A stretch of DNA of 63,233 bases, counting the filler, from Octopus bimaculoides (taxonomy: Eukaryota): the NCBI RefSeq assembly GCF_001194135.2. It is 5 parts of 5 records of this genome, joined end to end, with 100 filler letters (N's around TTAATTAATTAA, not from the genome) between each part and the next. Parts side by side here need not be neighbours in the genome. Positions count along the whole stretch, not along the records: positions 30,683 to 53,197 come from NC_068982.1; 4 more parts are not named here. One strand, 5' to 3'. The notes beneath the pieces were generated by a model. It ran no database searches. It was not told the DNA's origin and was given only the letters and a program-made list of their open reading frames with translations. Both the position numbers and the translations under genes were made by a program. This document shows, piece after piece, positions 34,947 through 49,688 of the stretch (the stretch's first letter is position 1; each line of letters starts with the position of its first letter).

Positions 34947-37900
34947 AAACCTTAAAGAGATTGGTGTTCAGTTGCATCGAACAGGTTACTAGCCGATAAC
35001 TATTCACAGGCTCCATCCCACTACTGTTCGGTACGGGCTCTTTTGCCTGCTGTGTTTCCACCCGTGGCCGACGTGACCCTTCTTAGACAACCTGGACCTG
35101 ATGAGCTCCCTTTCCAGCACCATACTGATGCCGAGCTTAATGTGGACACCTGCGCCATAGAAGACTGACTTCCAGGACTCCCATTTTCAAACCGACTAAT
35201 CAGCCAAACCTCCGAGTAGACGGATTACAGGTGCAAGCTACAATTTCCAGCTTATTATTATGTAGTTTCTTAACCGAGTCTGTTTGAAGAGATGTCTGTG
35301 ATTGCTACTGCATTCTTTGAATCCGTATCTAATAATACAAATTTCTGCATGTCTGTGTGTGTGTGTGTGCGTGCGTGTGTGTGTGTGAGTGTGTGTGCGT
35401 ACAGGTATTTATATTTATATATATATATATATATATATNNNNNNNNNNNNNNNNNNNNNNNNNNNNNNNNNNNNNNNNNNNNNNNNNNNNNNNNNNNNNN
35501 NNNNNNNNNNNNNNNNNNNNNNNNNNNNNNNNNNNNNNNNNNNNNNNNNNNNNNNNNNNNNNNNNNNNNNNNNNNNNNNNNNNNNNNNNNNNNNNNNNNN
35601 NNNNNNNNNNNNNNNNNNNNNNNNNNNNNNNNNNNNNNNNNNNNNNNNNNNNNNNNNNNNNNNNNNNNNNNNNNNNNNNNNNNNNNNNNNNNNNNNNNNN
35701 NNNNNNNNNNNNNNNNNNNNNNNNNNNNNNNNNNNNNNNNNNNNNNNNNNNNNNNNNNNNNNNNNNNNNNNNNNNNNNNNNNNNNNNNNNNNNNNNNNNN
35801 NNNNNNNNNNNNNNNNNNNNNNNNNNNNNNNNNNNNNNNNNNNNNNNNNNNNNNNNNNNNNNNNNNNNNNNNNNNNNNNNNNNNNNNNNNNNNNNNNNNN
35901 NNNNNNNNNNNNNNNNNNNNNNNNNNNNNNNNNNNNNNNNNNNNNNNNNNNNNNNNNNNNNNNNNNNNNNNNNNNNNNNNNNNNNNNNNNNNNNNNNNNN
36001 NNNNNNNNNNNNNNNNNNNNNNNNNNNNNNNNNNNNNNNNNNNNNNNNNNNNNNNNNNNNNNNNNNNNNNNNNNNNNNNNNNNNNNNNNNNNNNNNNNNN
36101 NNNNNNNNNNNNNNNNNNNNNNNNNNNNNNNNNNNNNNNNNNNNNNNNNNNNNNNNNNNNNNNNNNNNNNNNNNNNNNNNNNNNNNNNNNNNNNNNNNNN
36201 NNNNNNNNNNNNNNNNNNNNNNNNNNNNNNNNNNNNNNNNNNNNNNNNNNNNNNNNNNNNNNNNNNNATATATATATATATATATATATAGGTATAAAAG
36301 ATAAATATAAATGTATCTGTTGTACATATACATGCAAAAAAAAAAAACATGGGCAAATGTATATGCAAATATATACGTGTACATATACACGTATATATTA
36401 TATATGTGGTTATGTGTCGATACGCTATGAATATTATCTTATAAAGTTTGTATAACACTTTTTCCATCTTAGCGTAACTATGTCTTCCGAAGTGATCTTT
36501 CAAAAGTTTTTCTTCTATGGAAAATATGCCGAAGATATGTCATAAAATATATAATACTCACTTAACGGATACACGGCTGATGTCGTCCCATAATATATTG
36601 TATCTTTTATATTTTTTATACAATATTTCATGTCTATTACATTTTATCATGTATCTTCTATATAATACAATATAGTACTGGTTACTTTTCCTTATTCATA
36701 TGGCACAATATCCTGATTCAATATAGAAAAGTAATTTAGAGACTATATCGCTGCTTTCTTGTTTCAAAATTCGAAAATCTTTTCCTCGAAAGACAAACAT
36801 TTATGGAAATTGAATATTAACTTTAATGCTATACGCCATATTCTAGTAACAAACAAACACACACACACAAACACACACACACACACACACACATACGCAC
36901 ATACACACACAAACACACACGCTTTCACACACATATATTTATATATATATTCATATATATATGTATATATATATACATACATATATGCACATACATATAT
37001 ACATATATATATATATATGTATATATATATACATACATATNNNNNNNNNNNNNNNNNNNNNNNNNNNNNNNNNNNNNNNNNNNNNNNNNNNNNNNNNNNN
37101 NNNNNNNNNNNNNNNNNNNNNNNNNNNNNNNNNNNNNNNNNNNNNNNNNNNNNNNNNNNNNNNNNNNNNNNNNNNNNNNNNNNNNNNNNNNNNNNNNNNN
37201 NNNNNNNNNNNNNNNNNNNNNNNNNNNNNNNNNNNNNNNNNNNNNNNNNNNNNNNNNNNNNNNNNNNNNNNNNNNNNNNNNNNNNNNNNNNNNNNNNNNN
37301 NNNNNNNNNNNNNNNNNNNNNNNNNNNNNNNNNNNNNNNNNNNNNNNNNNNNNNNNNNNNNNNNNNNNNNNNNNNNNNNNNNNNNNNNNNNNNNNNNNNN
37401 NNNNNNNNNNNNNNNNNNNNNNNNNNNNNNNNNNNNNNNNNNNNNNNNNNNNNNNNNNNNNNNNNNNNNNNNNNNNNNNNNNNNNNNNNNNNNNNNNNNN
37501 NNNNNNNNNNNNNNNNNNNNNNNNNNNNNNNNNNNNNNNNNNNNNNNNNNNNNNNNNNNNNNNNNNNNNCACACACACACACACACACATACGCACATAC
37601 ACACACAAACACACACGCTTTCACACACATATATTTATATATATATTCATATATATATGTATATATATATATATATTTATACTTTATATACTTAAGAATT
37701 GGTAATTAAAAACCTCGTGTATACATATATATATATATATATATATAATATACCTATGGGGGAGCTCGATCGCGTGAGTATGTTTTTATATAGCTGTTTT
37801 ACCTATGAAATTGTAATGCAAAAACTGTGTGAATAAGACAGTATAGTTCCATCTAAAATCAGTAACATTAAAAGCAGTGAAAAAAATATACGGAAAACAA

Positions 37901-38306
37901 TTTGAAAACCCACTTGTGGGTCAGAAGTGTTATGATTTATACTGTATATCTAATACAATGTTCAGAATGTCATACTGAACAATAAAGTAATACTTAAATA
38001 TAGAAATATAGAGAAAAAGAATAACTATATTGATACATTCACAGAGCCACTCTAGTTTGTGCATCGCCACCCGTCCCACACCTTGGTAAAATCTGCTTAC
38101 TTAAACTTCTCATCTAACTTTAGATTTTTAACGATGTGGAGATTTGAAACTGCAACTCACCGAGAAATATAAGCGCCCACAATCCTCTTAGCTTGACGCC
38201 AACTAAAAATGTTTCCGGGTCGGAAACTTTTACCACAATTTTTCAATGAAAGACGCGTTACAACAGTGCATGCACACACATACATGTGCGTGCTCACACA
38301 CGCACG

Positions 38307-38346
<40 letters not shown>

Positions 38347-38769
38347 GATGCGAAAGCGTGCATATCTGTGAGTGTAAAAAATTTCAATTGGTTTCAGCCG
38401 ATGAAATTTATATTAAAAGAACGCAAAATAGGTAATCGCTTGGAAACTGTAACTGTAGATTTTAATGAAAATTATATCCATAATATATATATGGGTTTAA
38501 TTAGCATACAAATGCTTCTACAGGTTGAGGCGGTAAAATCATAGTTGAGAGTCTACTCAACTATGAATCCACTGCATCTTATAGTTGAACCAGCAGTAAG
38601 CTAATAAAGTTCATAATGGAATCTTCTATTCCTTTGTCATTTCCATTTCTTATTACCGCTCTGTACTCGACTAACGTATATTGAGTTCAGAAGCATACGT
38701 ATATTGTGTTCGATACTAGTTTGTTAATATCGCAATGCCTAAGCGAAATATTAAAATACGTATATTATG

Positions 38770-39110
38770 TATTTTATTTTGCGCCGAGTTAGACTTTGCC
38801 TTTCATCCTTTCGGGGTCGATAAATTACGTACCAGTTGCGTACTAGAGTCGATCTAATCAACTGGCCCCCTCCTCCAAAATTTCGGGCCTTGTGCCTAGA
38901 TTAGAAAAGATTATATATTTTATATGTATCTGTTATATATGGTGAGCTGGCAGACTCTTATCACGCCGAGTAAAATTCTTAACAGCATCTCGCCCGTCTT
39001 TACGTTTGGAGTTCAATTTCCTTTCGAAGTGGATAAAAGAATTACCATTCCGATGTAAATCTCCTCCCAAAATGCTGGCTTTGCGCCAAAATTTGGAATT
39101 TGTTTTTTCA
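38770..39110 (+). mobile_element. Two SINE family 3 fragments
   Basis: TTTGCCTTTCATCC...GGTCGATAAA...GGCCTTGTGCCT body, then GGTGAGCTGGCAGA head. Confidence 0.8.
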
Positions 39111-39399
39111 TTCATTAAAACAGGTATCAATATTTTAGACGACTAAACGCATTTTTATTCTTAGCGAAATTTATTTTTAATTACTCTAATTCATAAGTTC
39201 GAACTACTAAACCATATTTTTCCTCCTCGCATGCTTATAATCAGTTTTTTTTTGACTATCTAATACTTAGGTATTTTAAAATATTTCTAACTTTCCTAAG
39301 GAATATGCCATTCTCTCTTACACAGGTCTATCGAGCTGTTTCTGGATACAATGATCCAGCTGTTGCATTACTTTCCATATTTTAATAGTTCACTCTTCT

Positions 39400-40175
39400 C
39401 GTCGAGTGCAATAGAAATTAAATATAAGTTTTACATAATCTCAAAGAGAATAACGTTCCTAAATTTGTATGTACTACATTACACGTCAAGTAAAATACCC
39501 GACTAGTGATGATACCCAGTAGGCGTCATCTTGATTTCAGTGAAGTGATAATTAAGTTGAATGCACTTGAAAGAAATGTGTTTGATCATAAAGCAATCTT
39601 CAAACAGAACGACTATAAACAGACACATTTGTGTTTTTCTTATTTAAATTTTGCAACTTAAAAGTCATTGATTATTGCAAACAAAAAAAAGGGCCTTCTC
39701 CAGGTGTCACTTCATGGGTTGGAATTCATTACGAGAGCTTGGTCGGTGCTTTCTTTCTTTATGAAGAAGCTAATGGAGATCGTTACTTGAGCATGCTTCA
39801 ATTTTTTCTTCTCGCTAGCTTTTGCAAAATCAATAATCATCGAATTTATCACTTTCAGCAAGATGAACACTTTCACATTATTCTGTTGATGTCAGAAATT
39901 GGTTTCATTAAAGTATGAATACAAAATGGACTGCTACACCCGAGGGGTTAGAATGAACAGCATGACCTACGGATCTTATTGTTCCAGATATTTTTGTTCT
40001 CGGGATTTCTTAATAACTGTCTTCAAGCATCCCTGAAACAATCTGAATGAGCTACGTGATAAAAATAAGGAATTCTAGAATTTTGACATTGATGTTTACA
40101 AGAAATCCTGCAGACATGTAACTGGTAGATTGGAAACTTGCATTGCTGCGATATAGCCATTTCGAAGATAATTTA
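39400..40175 (+). mobile_element. Degenerate Tc1/mariner transposase (DDE half)
   Basis: PGVTSWVGI...LVGAFF...ANGDRYLSML...HFQQD, with a C-terminal HFE-like motif near 40160. Confidence 0.6.
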
Positions 40176-40744
40176 TTTTATAAATAAAGATCGATTGAGA
40201 AAATAATTATTTTTACATGCTAATATTTTTTTTTTGTTTGATAATTTATAGCAAATGTTATAGATATTTATATATGTACATATGTGCGTGTGTGTGTGCG
40301 TGCACGCACTTGTGGATGATAGCTTTTCATGGGTAAAGATGTGTAAGTTCTGGCAACGGAAGTGAATTGAATTACTACATACTGGTAGGTTGATTAGAAC
40401 CTGTAGGTAAAGTTAGGGTTAGAATATCTCAAATTTGATATGAAAACACGTGACACTAAAATACTCATTCGTTTTCCCTGTGATCACAAGAGGTTATATG
40501 TAAAAGTTCAAACTTTGTGGAGGCACCATCATATAATCGGAAAACCTTAAAAAGTCCAATTGAGACGAAAATATGTACATCGTTATTGTATCGAGCTTTC
40601 ACTTAAATAAATATGCTACTCTATGTATGTATGTTCTTATACATACGAACATACAGATAGATAAATAGGTAGATAAATAGATAGATAGACAGACAGACAT
40701 ACAGACAGACAGACAGACAGACAGACAGATAGATAGATAGATAC

Positions 40745-40786
<42 letters not shown>

Positions 40787-43074
40787 GAGAGATCGTTCCA
40801 AATATATATATATATACATNNNNNNNNNNNNNNNNNNNNNNNNNNNNNNNNNNNNNNNNNNNNNNNNNNNNNNNNNNNNNNNNNNNNNNNNNNNNNNNNN
40901 NNNNNNNNNNNNNNNNNNNNNNNNNNNNNNNNNNNNNNNNNNNNNNNNNNNNNNNNNNNNNNNNNNNNNNNNNNNNNNNNNNNNNNNNNNNNNNNNNNNN
41001 NNNNNNNNNNNNNNNNNNNNNNNNNNNNNNNNNNNNNNNNNNNNNNNNNNNNNNNNNNNNNNNNNNNNNNNNNNNNNNNNNNNNNNNNNNNNNNNNNNNN
41101 NNNNNNNNNNNNNNNNNNNNNNNNNNNNNNNNNNNNNNNNNNNNNNNNNNNNNNNNNNNNNNNNNNNNNNNNNNNNNNNNNNNNNNNNNNNNNNNNNNNN
41201 NNNNNNNNNNNNNNNNNNNNNNNNNNNNNNNNNNNNNNNNNNNNNNNNNNNNNNNNNNNNNNNNNNNNNNNNNNNNNNNNNNNNNNNNNNNNNNNNNNNN
41301 NNNNNNNNNNNNNNNNNNNNNNNNNNNNNNNNNNNNNNNNNNNNNNNNNNNNNNNNNNNNNNNNNNNNNNNNNNNNNNNNNNNNNNNNNNNNNNNNNNNN
41401 NNNNNNNNNNNNNNNNNNNNNNNNNNNNNNNNNNNNNNNNNNNNNNNNNNNNNNNNNNNNNNNNNNNNNNNNNNNNNNNNNNNNNNNNNNNNNNNNNNNN
41501 NNNNNNNNNNNNNNNNNNNNNNNNNNNNNNNNNNNNNNNNNNNNNNNNNNNNNNNNNNNNNNNNNNNNNNNNNNNNNNNNNNNNNNNNNNNNNNNNNNNN
41601 NNNNNNNNNNNNNNNNNNNNNNNNNNNNNNNNNNNNNNNATATATATATATATATATACCAATATATATGTGTATATATACAGATGTGTTTACGTGTGTA
41701 TATGTATGCGTGTGGGTGCTGAATGGAAACGTTTGGCCTGTCTTACCATCAAATAGAATATATTGGAAGTATAACAAAATACACAACGAACTTAGGAGGA
41801 ATATTTTACGATGAGGTGTTCTACCGCTTCTGATTTCTACCCTAATATGAATCATTTTTTTCCCTGTCTAGTTTCCCTCTTTGTTCATGCATTAACGTCC
41901 AGCCTCCTCTTATTTTCTCTTCGCGTTACTCTTTATTCTGAATTCTTTATCACCACTCAAAGTACCACATTGATTACGATATTCATAGTTCATTTTGTAT
42001 TTTATTCGATTGAACCTTACGTGCTGATATCTTCTTTAGTATTGTATCCATGCTGTTGTTCTGTTTTTTGCCGGAGCAAGAGCGGTCTCTTGTTGACAAA
42101 CGACCTCAGTCAATAGATGATGAACAAGCATTTCATTGTTTCATGCACGTTGCGTTTTACCTATTGTTTATAATATTATATTATATTATATTTCATTATA
42201 TTGTGTAATGTATTATTTACGATACATAATTGTTCGAATACTGAAACTGATTAACTACGCGTAACGATTTCCGCTTCCACTACGATACATATAACACCAC
42301 ATTTGTATTCTCAATACAATTTTCCATCGATATTCAGAATTAAAAGCTTGCATATGTATGTATATATATATATATATNNNNNNNNNNNNNNNNNNNNNNN
42401 NNNNNNNNNNNNNNNNNNNNNNNNNNNNNNNNNNNNNNNNNNNNNNNNNNNNNNNNNNNNNNNNNNNNNNNNNNNNNNNNNNNNNNNNNNNNNNNNNNNN
42501 NNNNNNNNNNNNNNNNNNNNNNNNNNNNNNNNNNNNNNNNNNNNNNNNNNNNNNNNNNNNNNNNNNNNNNNNNNNNNNNNNNNNNNNNNNNNNNNNNNNN
42601 NNNNNNNNNNNNNNNNNNNNNNNNNNNNNNNNNNNNNNNNNNNNNNNNNNNNNNNNNNNNNNNNNNNNNNNNNNNNNNNNNNNNNNNNNNNNNNNNNNNN
42701 NNNNNNNNNNNNNNNNNNNNNNNNNNNNNNNNNNNNNNNNNNNNNNNNNNNNNNNNNNNNNNNNNNNNNNNNNNNNNNNNNNNNNNNNNNNNNNNNNNNN
42801 NNNNNNNNNNNNNNNNNNNNNNNNNNNNNNNNNNNNNNNNNNNNNNNNNNNNNNNNNNNNNNNNNNNNNNNNNNNNNNNNNNNNNNNNNNNNNNNNNNNN
42901 NNNNNNNNNNNNNNNNNNNNNNNNNNNNNNNNNNNNNNNNNNNNNNNNNNNNNNNNNNNNNNNNNNNNNNNNNNNNNNNNNNNNNNNNNNNNNNNNNNNN
43001 NNNNNNNNNNNNNNNNNNNNNNNNNNNNNNNNNNNNNNNNNNNNNNNNNNNNNNNNNNNNNNNNNNNNNNNNNN

Positions 43075-43110
<36 letters not shown>

Positions 43111-43179
43111 ATGTGTATATATGTAGTATATGTATATAGACGGACAGATTGATAAATAGAGAGGAATATGTACATATAC

Positions 43180-43211
<32 letters not shown>

Positions 43212-43281
43212 AATGCGTGTGTATGTGTAATGCGTGTGTGTGTGTACATATATATGTATATATACTTTTAGATAGATAGAC

Positions 43282-43330
<49 letters not shown>

Positions 43331-44927
43331 TTACTGACGTTTTGGAAATGTCGCTGCAATTTTTGATGCGAAGTGTATTGATGACGGTTGTTCTCGATGG
43401 TACTTGTGATGACGGCGTCAAAGGTTGTGGTGCTTTATATATTTTGTATATCTGAAACTAGCGTCGATGGTGAAGTTTTACAAATTTCGATATCTTTTCT
43501 TAGATATTTTATGTATATTTATGTATTGCATTTTTCGATTTTGTAGTCAATCTATTTGTTTGGTTTTATACTTTTTTTGTTTTTCTTTTGTCTGGAATAT
43601 ATTGATTATTATTGATCATACATAGGGCTGTATATTACGAATTTTCAATACATTAGCTTGATGAAATACCAGTGAATTACTGGTAAGAGTTCCTGTCCAA
43701 AAATAATTTGTGGTGTCGAAGATTATGCGAATCCGTCTTTACATATAGCATATCGAAAAGAAAGGGCGAATGAGTGTAAGTGATAATGCAAATCTTTTTT
43801 CTTTGATAGATATATACGTCATCGTCTCCAGCAGCTTCTCATATTCTAGAATTTCATTTTCTCCTGTTCAATGACAAGCGAGAGGGTACTGAAAAGCTCC
43901 TAGCTTTGGATTAAAGAAAATAAGTGAGGATCAGCTAATTATGATTTTATCTAACATGTTCCCTTCTCAGATTCACACACTTATTGAAGCGCTTCTTCAG
44001 TTTGTCTAAGCCCTGCGATAGAACTCTGAAGGTTTGGCCTTCAACCAGGCGTTTCGCGTTACGTTAAGACAAGATATTTTCAGTCCCCACTCTTTTTCAT
44101 CAAGCATTCAATATCGAGTGATAAAATTGCAACAAAATGTTTCTGTTACAATTATACTCCCGTGTGGTGTCTTCTTAGCCCGTTTGTTTGGCATGGATCT
44201 CCACAGACAAATGAAAAACCTTTCAGATCAAAAGCGCTCCTGAACAAGGGACAGCAAAGAACAAGCCACTGATGGATGCTTCTTTTCACGGTGAAAGGCT
44301 TGCGCAAGCTGTTTGTCTCATGCTATTAATACTGGTAGGAGCAACCAGAAAGATAAAGTCGAAAACCAAGACTCACGCTAGACACAATCAACCCAGTCTG
44401 AGACGCAACAGGTTGAAAAAGTGAGTAAGTGAATATAGCAATAAACAGAGATTGTGTGTGTGCGAGTGTGTACATATACACATAAGTTCGTTAGCTATTC
44501 CCAGTGGAATTTCGCCACTGGTGCTACCAAAAGTGAACAATATCAACGTTGAAGGTGCGGAATTATAAGGATCTTCTTGAATTTAACTGATGAAGAAATA
44601 TCTACGAATTTTCTTTTCGTAATGTTTTTGTAAAATTTTCTGTTTATTGAGTCTTTGTTAAGATTTTGAAATATATGTGTGTATTTATATGTATATATAT
44701 NNNNNNNNNNNNNNNNNNNNNNNNNNNNNNNNNNNNNNNNNNNNNNNNNNNNNNNNNNNNNNNNNNNNNNNNNNNNNNNNNNNNNNNNNNNNNNNNNNNN
44801 NNNNNNNNNNNNNNNNNNNNNNNNNNNNNNNNNNNNNNNNNNNNNNNNNNNNNNNNNNNNNNNNNNNNNNNNNNNNNNNNNNNNNNNNNNNNNNNNNNNN
44901 NNNATATATATATATATATATATATAT

Positions 44928-45085
44928 AGGCACAGGCGTGGTTGTGTGGTAAGAAGTTTACTTCTGAACCACATGGTTCCGTGTTCAGTTCCACTTTGTG
45001 GCTCCTTGGGCAAGTGGGGCAAGTGTCTTCTACTGTAGCCTCGAGCCGACCGAAGCCTTGTGAGTGGATTTGGTAGACGGAAACA
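44928..45085 (+). mobile_element. SINE family 1, 5' half
   Basis: AGGCACAGGCGTGGTTGTGTGGTAAG head through GGTAGACGGAAAC. Confidence 0.88.
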
Positions 45086-45106
45086 GGACATGGAGAACGA
45101 TTTCAC

Positions 45107-45292
45107 CTGAACATTAGTGCTATGGAGAAACGGTGCCATGTCTTCTGGAATGACAATATGCTGACTGACTCCTGCTGGACACTTTACAATGATCAACCAG
45201 ATCAGGAACACCGTATAAAATCCAAATCGCAATATTTCTAACTCTGTTGTTTTAACTTTGTTTTTCTGACCCATTTTTTTTTGTGTATTCAC
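45107..45292 (-). CDS. Candidate first exon with a signal-peptide-like segment
   Basis: 62 codons, hydrophobic FGFYTVFLIWLIIVKCPAG, donor CAG|gtgaaa at phase 0. Confidence 0.2.
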
Positions 45293-46685
45293 TCTTCGTA
45301 GATTGATAGTGATGAATATTAACTCAAGGAACTCTTTTACTTTCTAAAAATCACATCTACTTATTTATTATTAAATTTCATATATACAAATACGTAAATA
45401 TTTGCATATATGTACTGAAAAACTGATACGTGCTGTACACAAATGGAGTGAATGAAATTTTGAAATCAACATGAAAAATTAGTCTAAAAAGTTGGTTCGC
45501 ATTCATAATGAGTATAATACATTTAATTTGGTAGGCCAGAGTTATTTAATAAAAACAATATATGTTTTTTATGAGATGATATCAGATTCATGAGATGAAA
45601 GCAGCTCAAACAGTATTTTTAACACGGTTGATGCCTTAGAGAAATCTTGAAGCATAGCCTATTTGGTATAGCAAGCAAAAAAGCAGGATGATAGGATGAG
45701 AGAAAAACGAGGAAAGCCGAGAAAGAAGTAGAGTTAAAAGGTGGAAGATATATGTGTTTATTAAATCACATATATAAATATACACACACATACACACACA
45801 TATTTACATTATGCAAATATGTATATATATATGTGTGTGTGAGAGTGTGTATTTATGTATCTATATATTAGTATATACACACATAATATGTAACTAAATA
45901 CATACAATCATACATGAATTAGGTGTGTACCTATGTCTCTGAAGGTATGTGCGCTTGTGTGTATGTGTACAAAATTAATATATATTTGCGTTGTAACTTA
46001 AAATAACCAATTTTCTACATTTCTAGTTTATCCCACGGATTCCTTTATATTCGATGGCACTGTATGATTTAACTGGGATTTGGCAGCAAATATTTATCTG
46101 GTCAGAGGGCTTGGTAGAAAATCTGCTTGGTCGTCAATTTGATTATTTTATCCGCCAACAAAATTCGCCAACAACATCAGCAGAGATGTGTGATGTTATT
46201 TGGTACAGCATAACGAGAATATACATTACAATTTTGATAGGATGCCTAATTTTTCATTGACATATTAACATACAACATCACTATATCTCAGTGACTCGTA
46301 CCGACACAAATCACTAACATTCTCTGTAATTTCTACCAATCATCTTTGATTATCTCCTAAAACAACAGTACCCAGCCGATTGTCTACATAGCTGGCATTC
46401 TATACACGTGCCTAGCTTGCCGAACGATCGATTTATGAGTTTCATGACTAAGAATGTGTAATTAAACTGTTTCTGAATTACTATCATATCTCCGTGGATT
46501 AGAGACATATTTCATGGTGATTATAATGACATTATACATACATGCATGCTTACATACATAAATACATACACACGTACATACACACCTACAAACATACATA
46601 CATGACATACATACATACATATATAGGTATATATATATATAGATAGATAGATATTTATATGTATATATATATATGTATATGTAAA

Positions 46686-46716
<31 letters not shown>

Positions 46717-46745
46717 ATAAGTGTGTGTGTGCACATTTATATATT

Positions 46746-46846
<101 letters not shown>

Positions 46847-47648
46847 ATTTATGTATAGAAAGTGGGAGAGAATAAAATGTATGTATATAGATATGCACAC
46901 ACCTGTGCGAGTGTGTATGTATAAAGAGAAAAGGGGAGAAAGAGTCTAACTGGGAAACAGAGTTATGTATATCATATATATTTATGTGTGCATACGCATG
47001 CATATATTTACTTCTGTTTGAACGAGTTTCATAATGTGATTGTGTATGCTCATACATATAAAATATATTTTTATATATGTATATTAACTTGTATGTGTGT
47101 GTGTGTGTGTGTAAACATACACACACACATATACACATGAGTGTTTGTGTGACTGTGCATGTGCTTGTGTGTGTGCGTGTGTGTATGTGTATGTGTTGTC
47201 GTATGTTTCTTGTGTACGATATTAGTGTGAACAAATCAATAAGATTGTTAATTATTAAAACAAGAAACCTTTTCGACAATCGAGTAAACTTAAATTTAGC
47301 TGTATGCAGATGTCTTCATTGTATTTCGACCCAAAACATTTGCAGTTCACAGTGATTTATTAATAGTCAATTTAAGAAAATACCTTCAAAGGAAATTATG
47401 ACTGCAGTTTTGAAATGTCATCAGAGGCCACAATTTTTTCGAAAATATACCAAACAAGAAAAATATCTATATTGATGCGTGAAGTGTAATTTAGTTTGCT
47501 AGTTCAGTTGTAAAAATTAATCTGGAAATTCTTAATGTGACAAAATAAAACATTCTTTAATAGACCAAGCTTATACTTACAATCAGCTTACATTTCAAAG
47601 TATCCGTCACATTTGTTTCTCTTATTTTCCTATTATGGAGACGATTTA

Positions 47649-47778
47649 CAATAGTACCTCGGTTTTCGAACAAATCTGATCGCGAATAAATCATGCTTTT
47701 TATGTATAGATAGGTATAGATATATTTAATGCACGATTTATTCGTGATCAGAGTTGTTCGAAAACCGAGGTTCTACTG
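47649..47778. mobile_element. 130-bp Tigger-type MITE with TA TSD
   Basis: TA|CAATAGTACCTCGGTTTTCGAACAA...TTGTTCGAAAACCGAGGTTCTACTG|TA. Confidence 0.88.
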
Positions 47779-49579
47779 TATTTCATAATGCTGAAACTAC
47801 AGAAACCCTAATCGTAATAATTTACAGCACAAAAATATATACGGCACGTAAATCTTAATATACTCTCCCAACAGCCTAAACAGGAGACAGCATGAAGTAG
47901 AAATAGCAGCAAAATTGTTTTGAGATCAGTGTTGTTAAAAATCTGGTATCTTAAACAAAATATGTAGCAAAATTTACATTAGGTAATTGAGTTATAGCAA
48001 GGCTTTTGCTGAGTTTTGTTCCTTTATTCTTGGATTTCCCAGTTTACAACGATGACCTACAATATTTCCATGAACGTCTCTGTGCCGCGATAAAAGTTAT
48101 AAATGTCTACGGGAATTTGGATCGATCAGACAGCACTGGCTGACTTGTGATGTTTGATGCTAAGAACTTCAAACGATGTGTGCGCGGTATCCTACACACT
48201 AGCATATTCGAAGGTTCCGGAAAATTAGCCATACTGTGATAAAAAGCTGGCGAATTCAACTTTGCACAAGAACCATTCAGTAGTCCAAATGAAACTATGT
48301 CCCTTTCGTAAATGCATTGGTCTTTCGCTTCCTTTCTACTTATTTCATATCCAATAAATACGCACTACATTCATAATTTAATCTAACATGTTGTATTACA
48401 GAAGATTCCTATTATGTTCGCTGTTCCATGAAAGTTGTTACATTAAATCATTTCTATGAATACATGTAAAGAAGAACGATGTAAATACGAACGACATTAC
48501 ATGAGTTAATATGAAAATGCGTAATATGAACGTTATATGAAAAATCAAATAAATATTAGTGGTGCCAATCTTATGTTTACACGTATCCTGCCTAAAATCG
48601 TGGGCTACCAATGAAGACTTTGTGAGTAAACGCCACACTACAGAGTATAAGATACTAAATTCATTAAGAAAATATAGATGGTTATAGCATATCTTATCTC
48701 AATATATTATCGCTATAAGAGTATCTTACTTCAGTTCATAGATTACCTTAATCAGAGGTAAGTTCGTGGTTCAATAACGACCAAAACAACACGATCAACA
48801 TAAACATATATTGATGACACACCGGGAACTACTGCAGTAGATACAGTATTCCATTTCTCAAAATTTTCAGCGATTATGATTTATAATACAGCTATCAAAT
48901 TCATTTATTCGCGATAATAATTTAGCTGCAATATTGCATTAACTAAATTTGGAAGGTTTTCAAACAATAAAACATAACATTCTAATATAAGGATAGAATG
49001 TACGAAAAATGAGATATCGCTGTCGATCTCATAATTCATATCGAGAGCAGTGTAGCAATAAACGGGTGCCGAGAATATAAGTCTAGCAACTTTCTTCAAA
49101 ATTACTTCGTGAGGCTGTTTCCCACAAAAATATATTAAAAGTAAAAAAAAAATAAGTAGAAAGGTCAAAACTATATCAGGTCCAAGAATATACATAGAGT
49201 TTTTCAAATTACACCGCTATAAAATTCAATTCGAAGAAGCAAGTCTGTAAATCGCTATAGAGTATAAAAACCAATATCTCATACAAACGTGTGTACTATA
49301 TATTTTATATTCTAATGATTTCACTTTTTGGACTGTTGCCATCCTGTCATCATGGCAACGATTACTGTACTTGATTTTAGGTCTGTTCTTTATTCTAACC
49401 GCCTCTTCAGCCGGATCGCTACTTTACGGGAGAAGGCAAGCACAAAAACAACGGTTGTCAAATTGTGGTCGGGACAAATACAGCATAAACGCAAAGCCAC
49501 ACTCACATCTGTCTATCTATCTATCTATCTATCTCTCTCTGTCTCTTTCTCAATTTCTCTCTCTATATATGTATATATA

Positions 49580-49688
<109 letters not shown>

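Noticed and set aside
36864-37670. Direct duplication either side of a gap (also 51122-51191 vs 51202-51271)
   Set aside because: Typical unmerged contig overlap, not a biological duplication.
35270-37709. Long ORFs spanning N-gaps (also near 3226, 5167, 40599, 42255, 49328, 56251)
   Set aside because: Open only because of X runs and (TA)n/(CA)n repeats.
48905-49510. Hydrophobic ORFs resembling membrane proteins
   Set aside because: AT-rich, with no convincing start or splice sites and no motif; compatible with chance.
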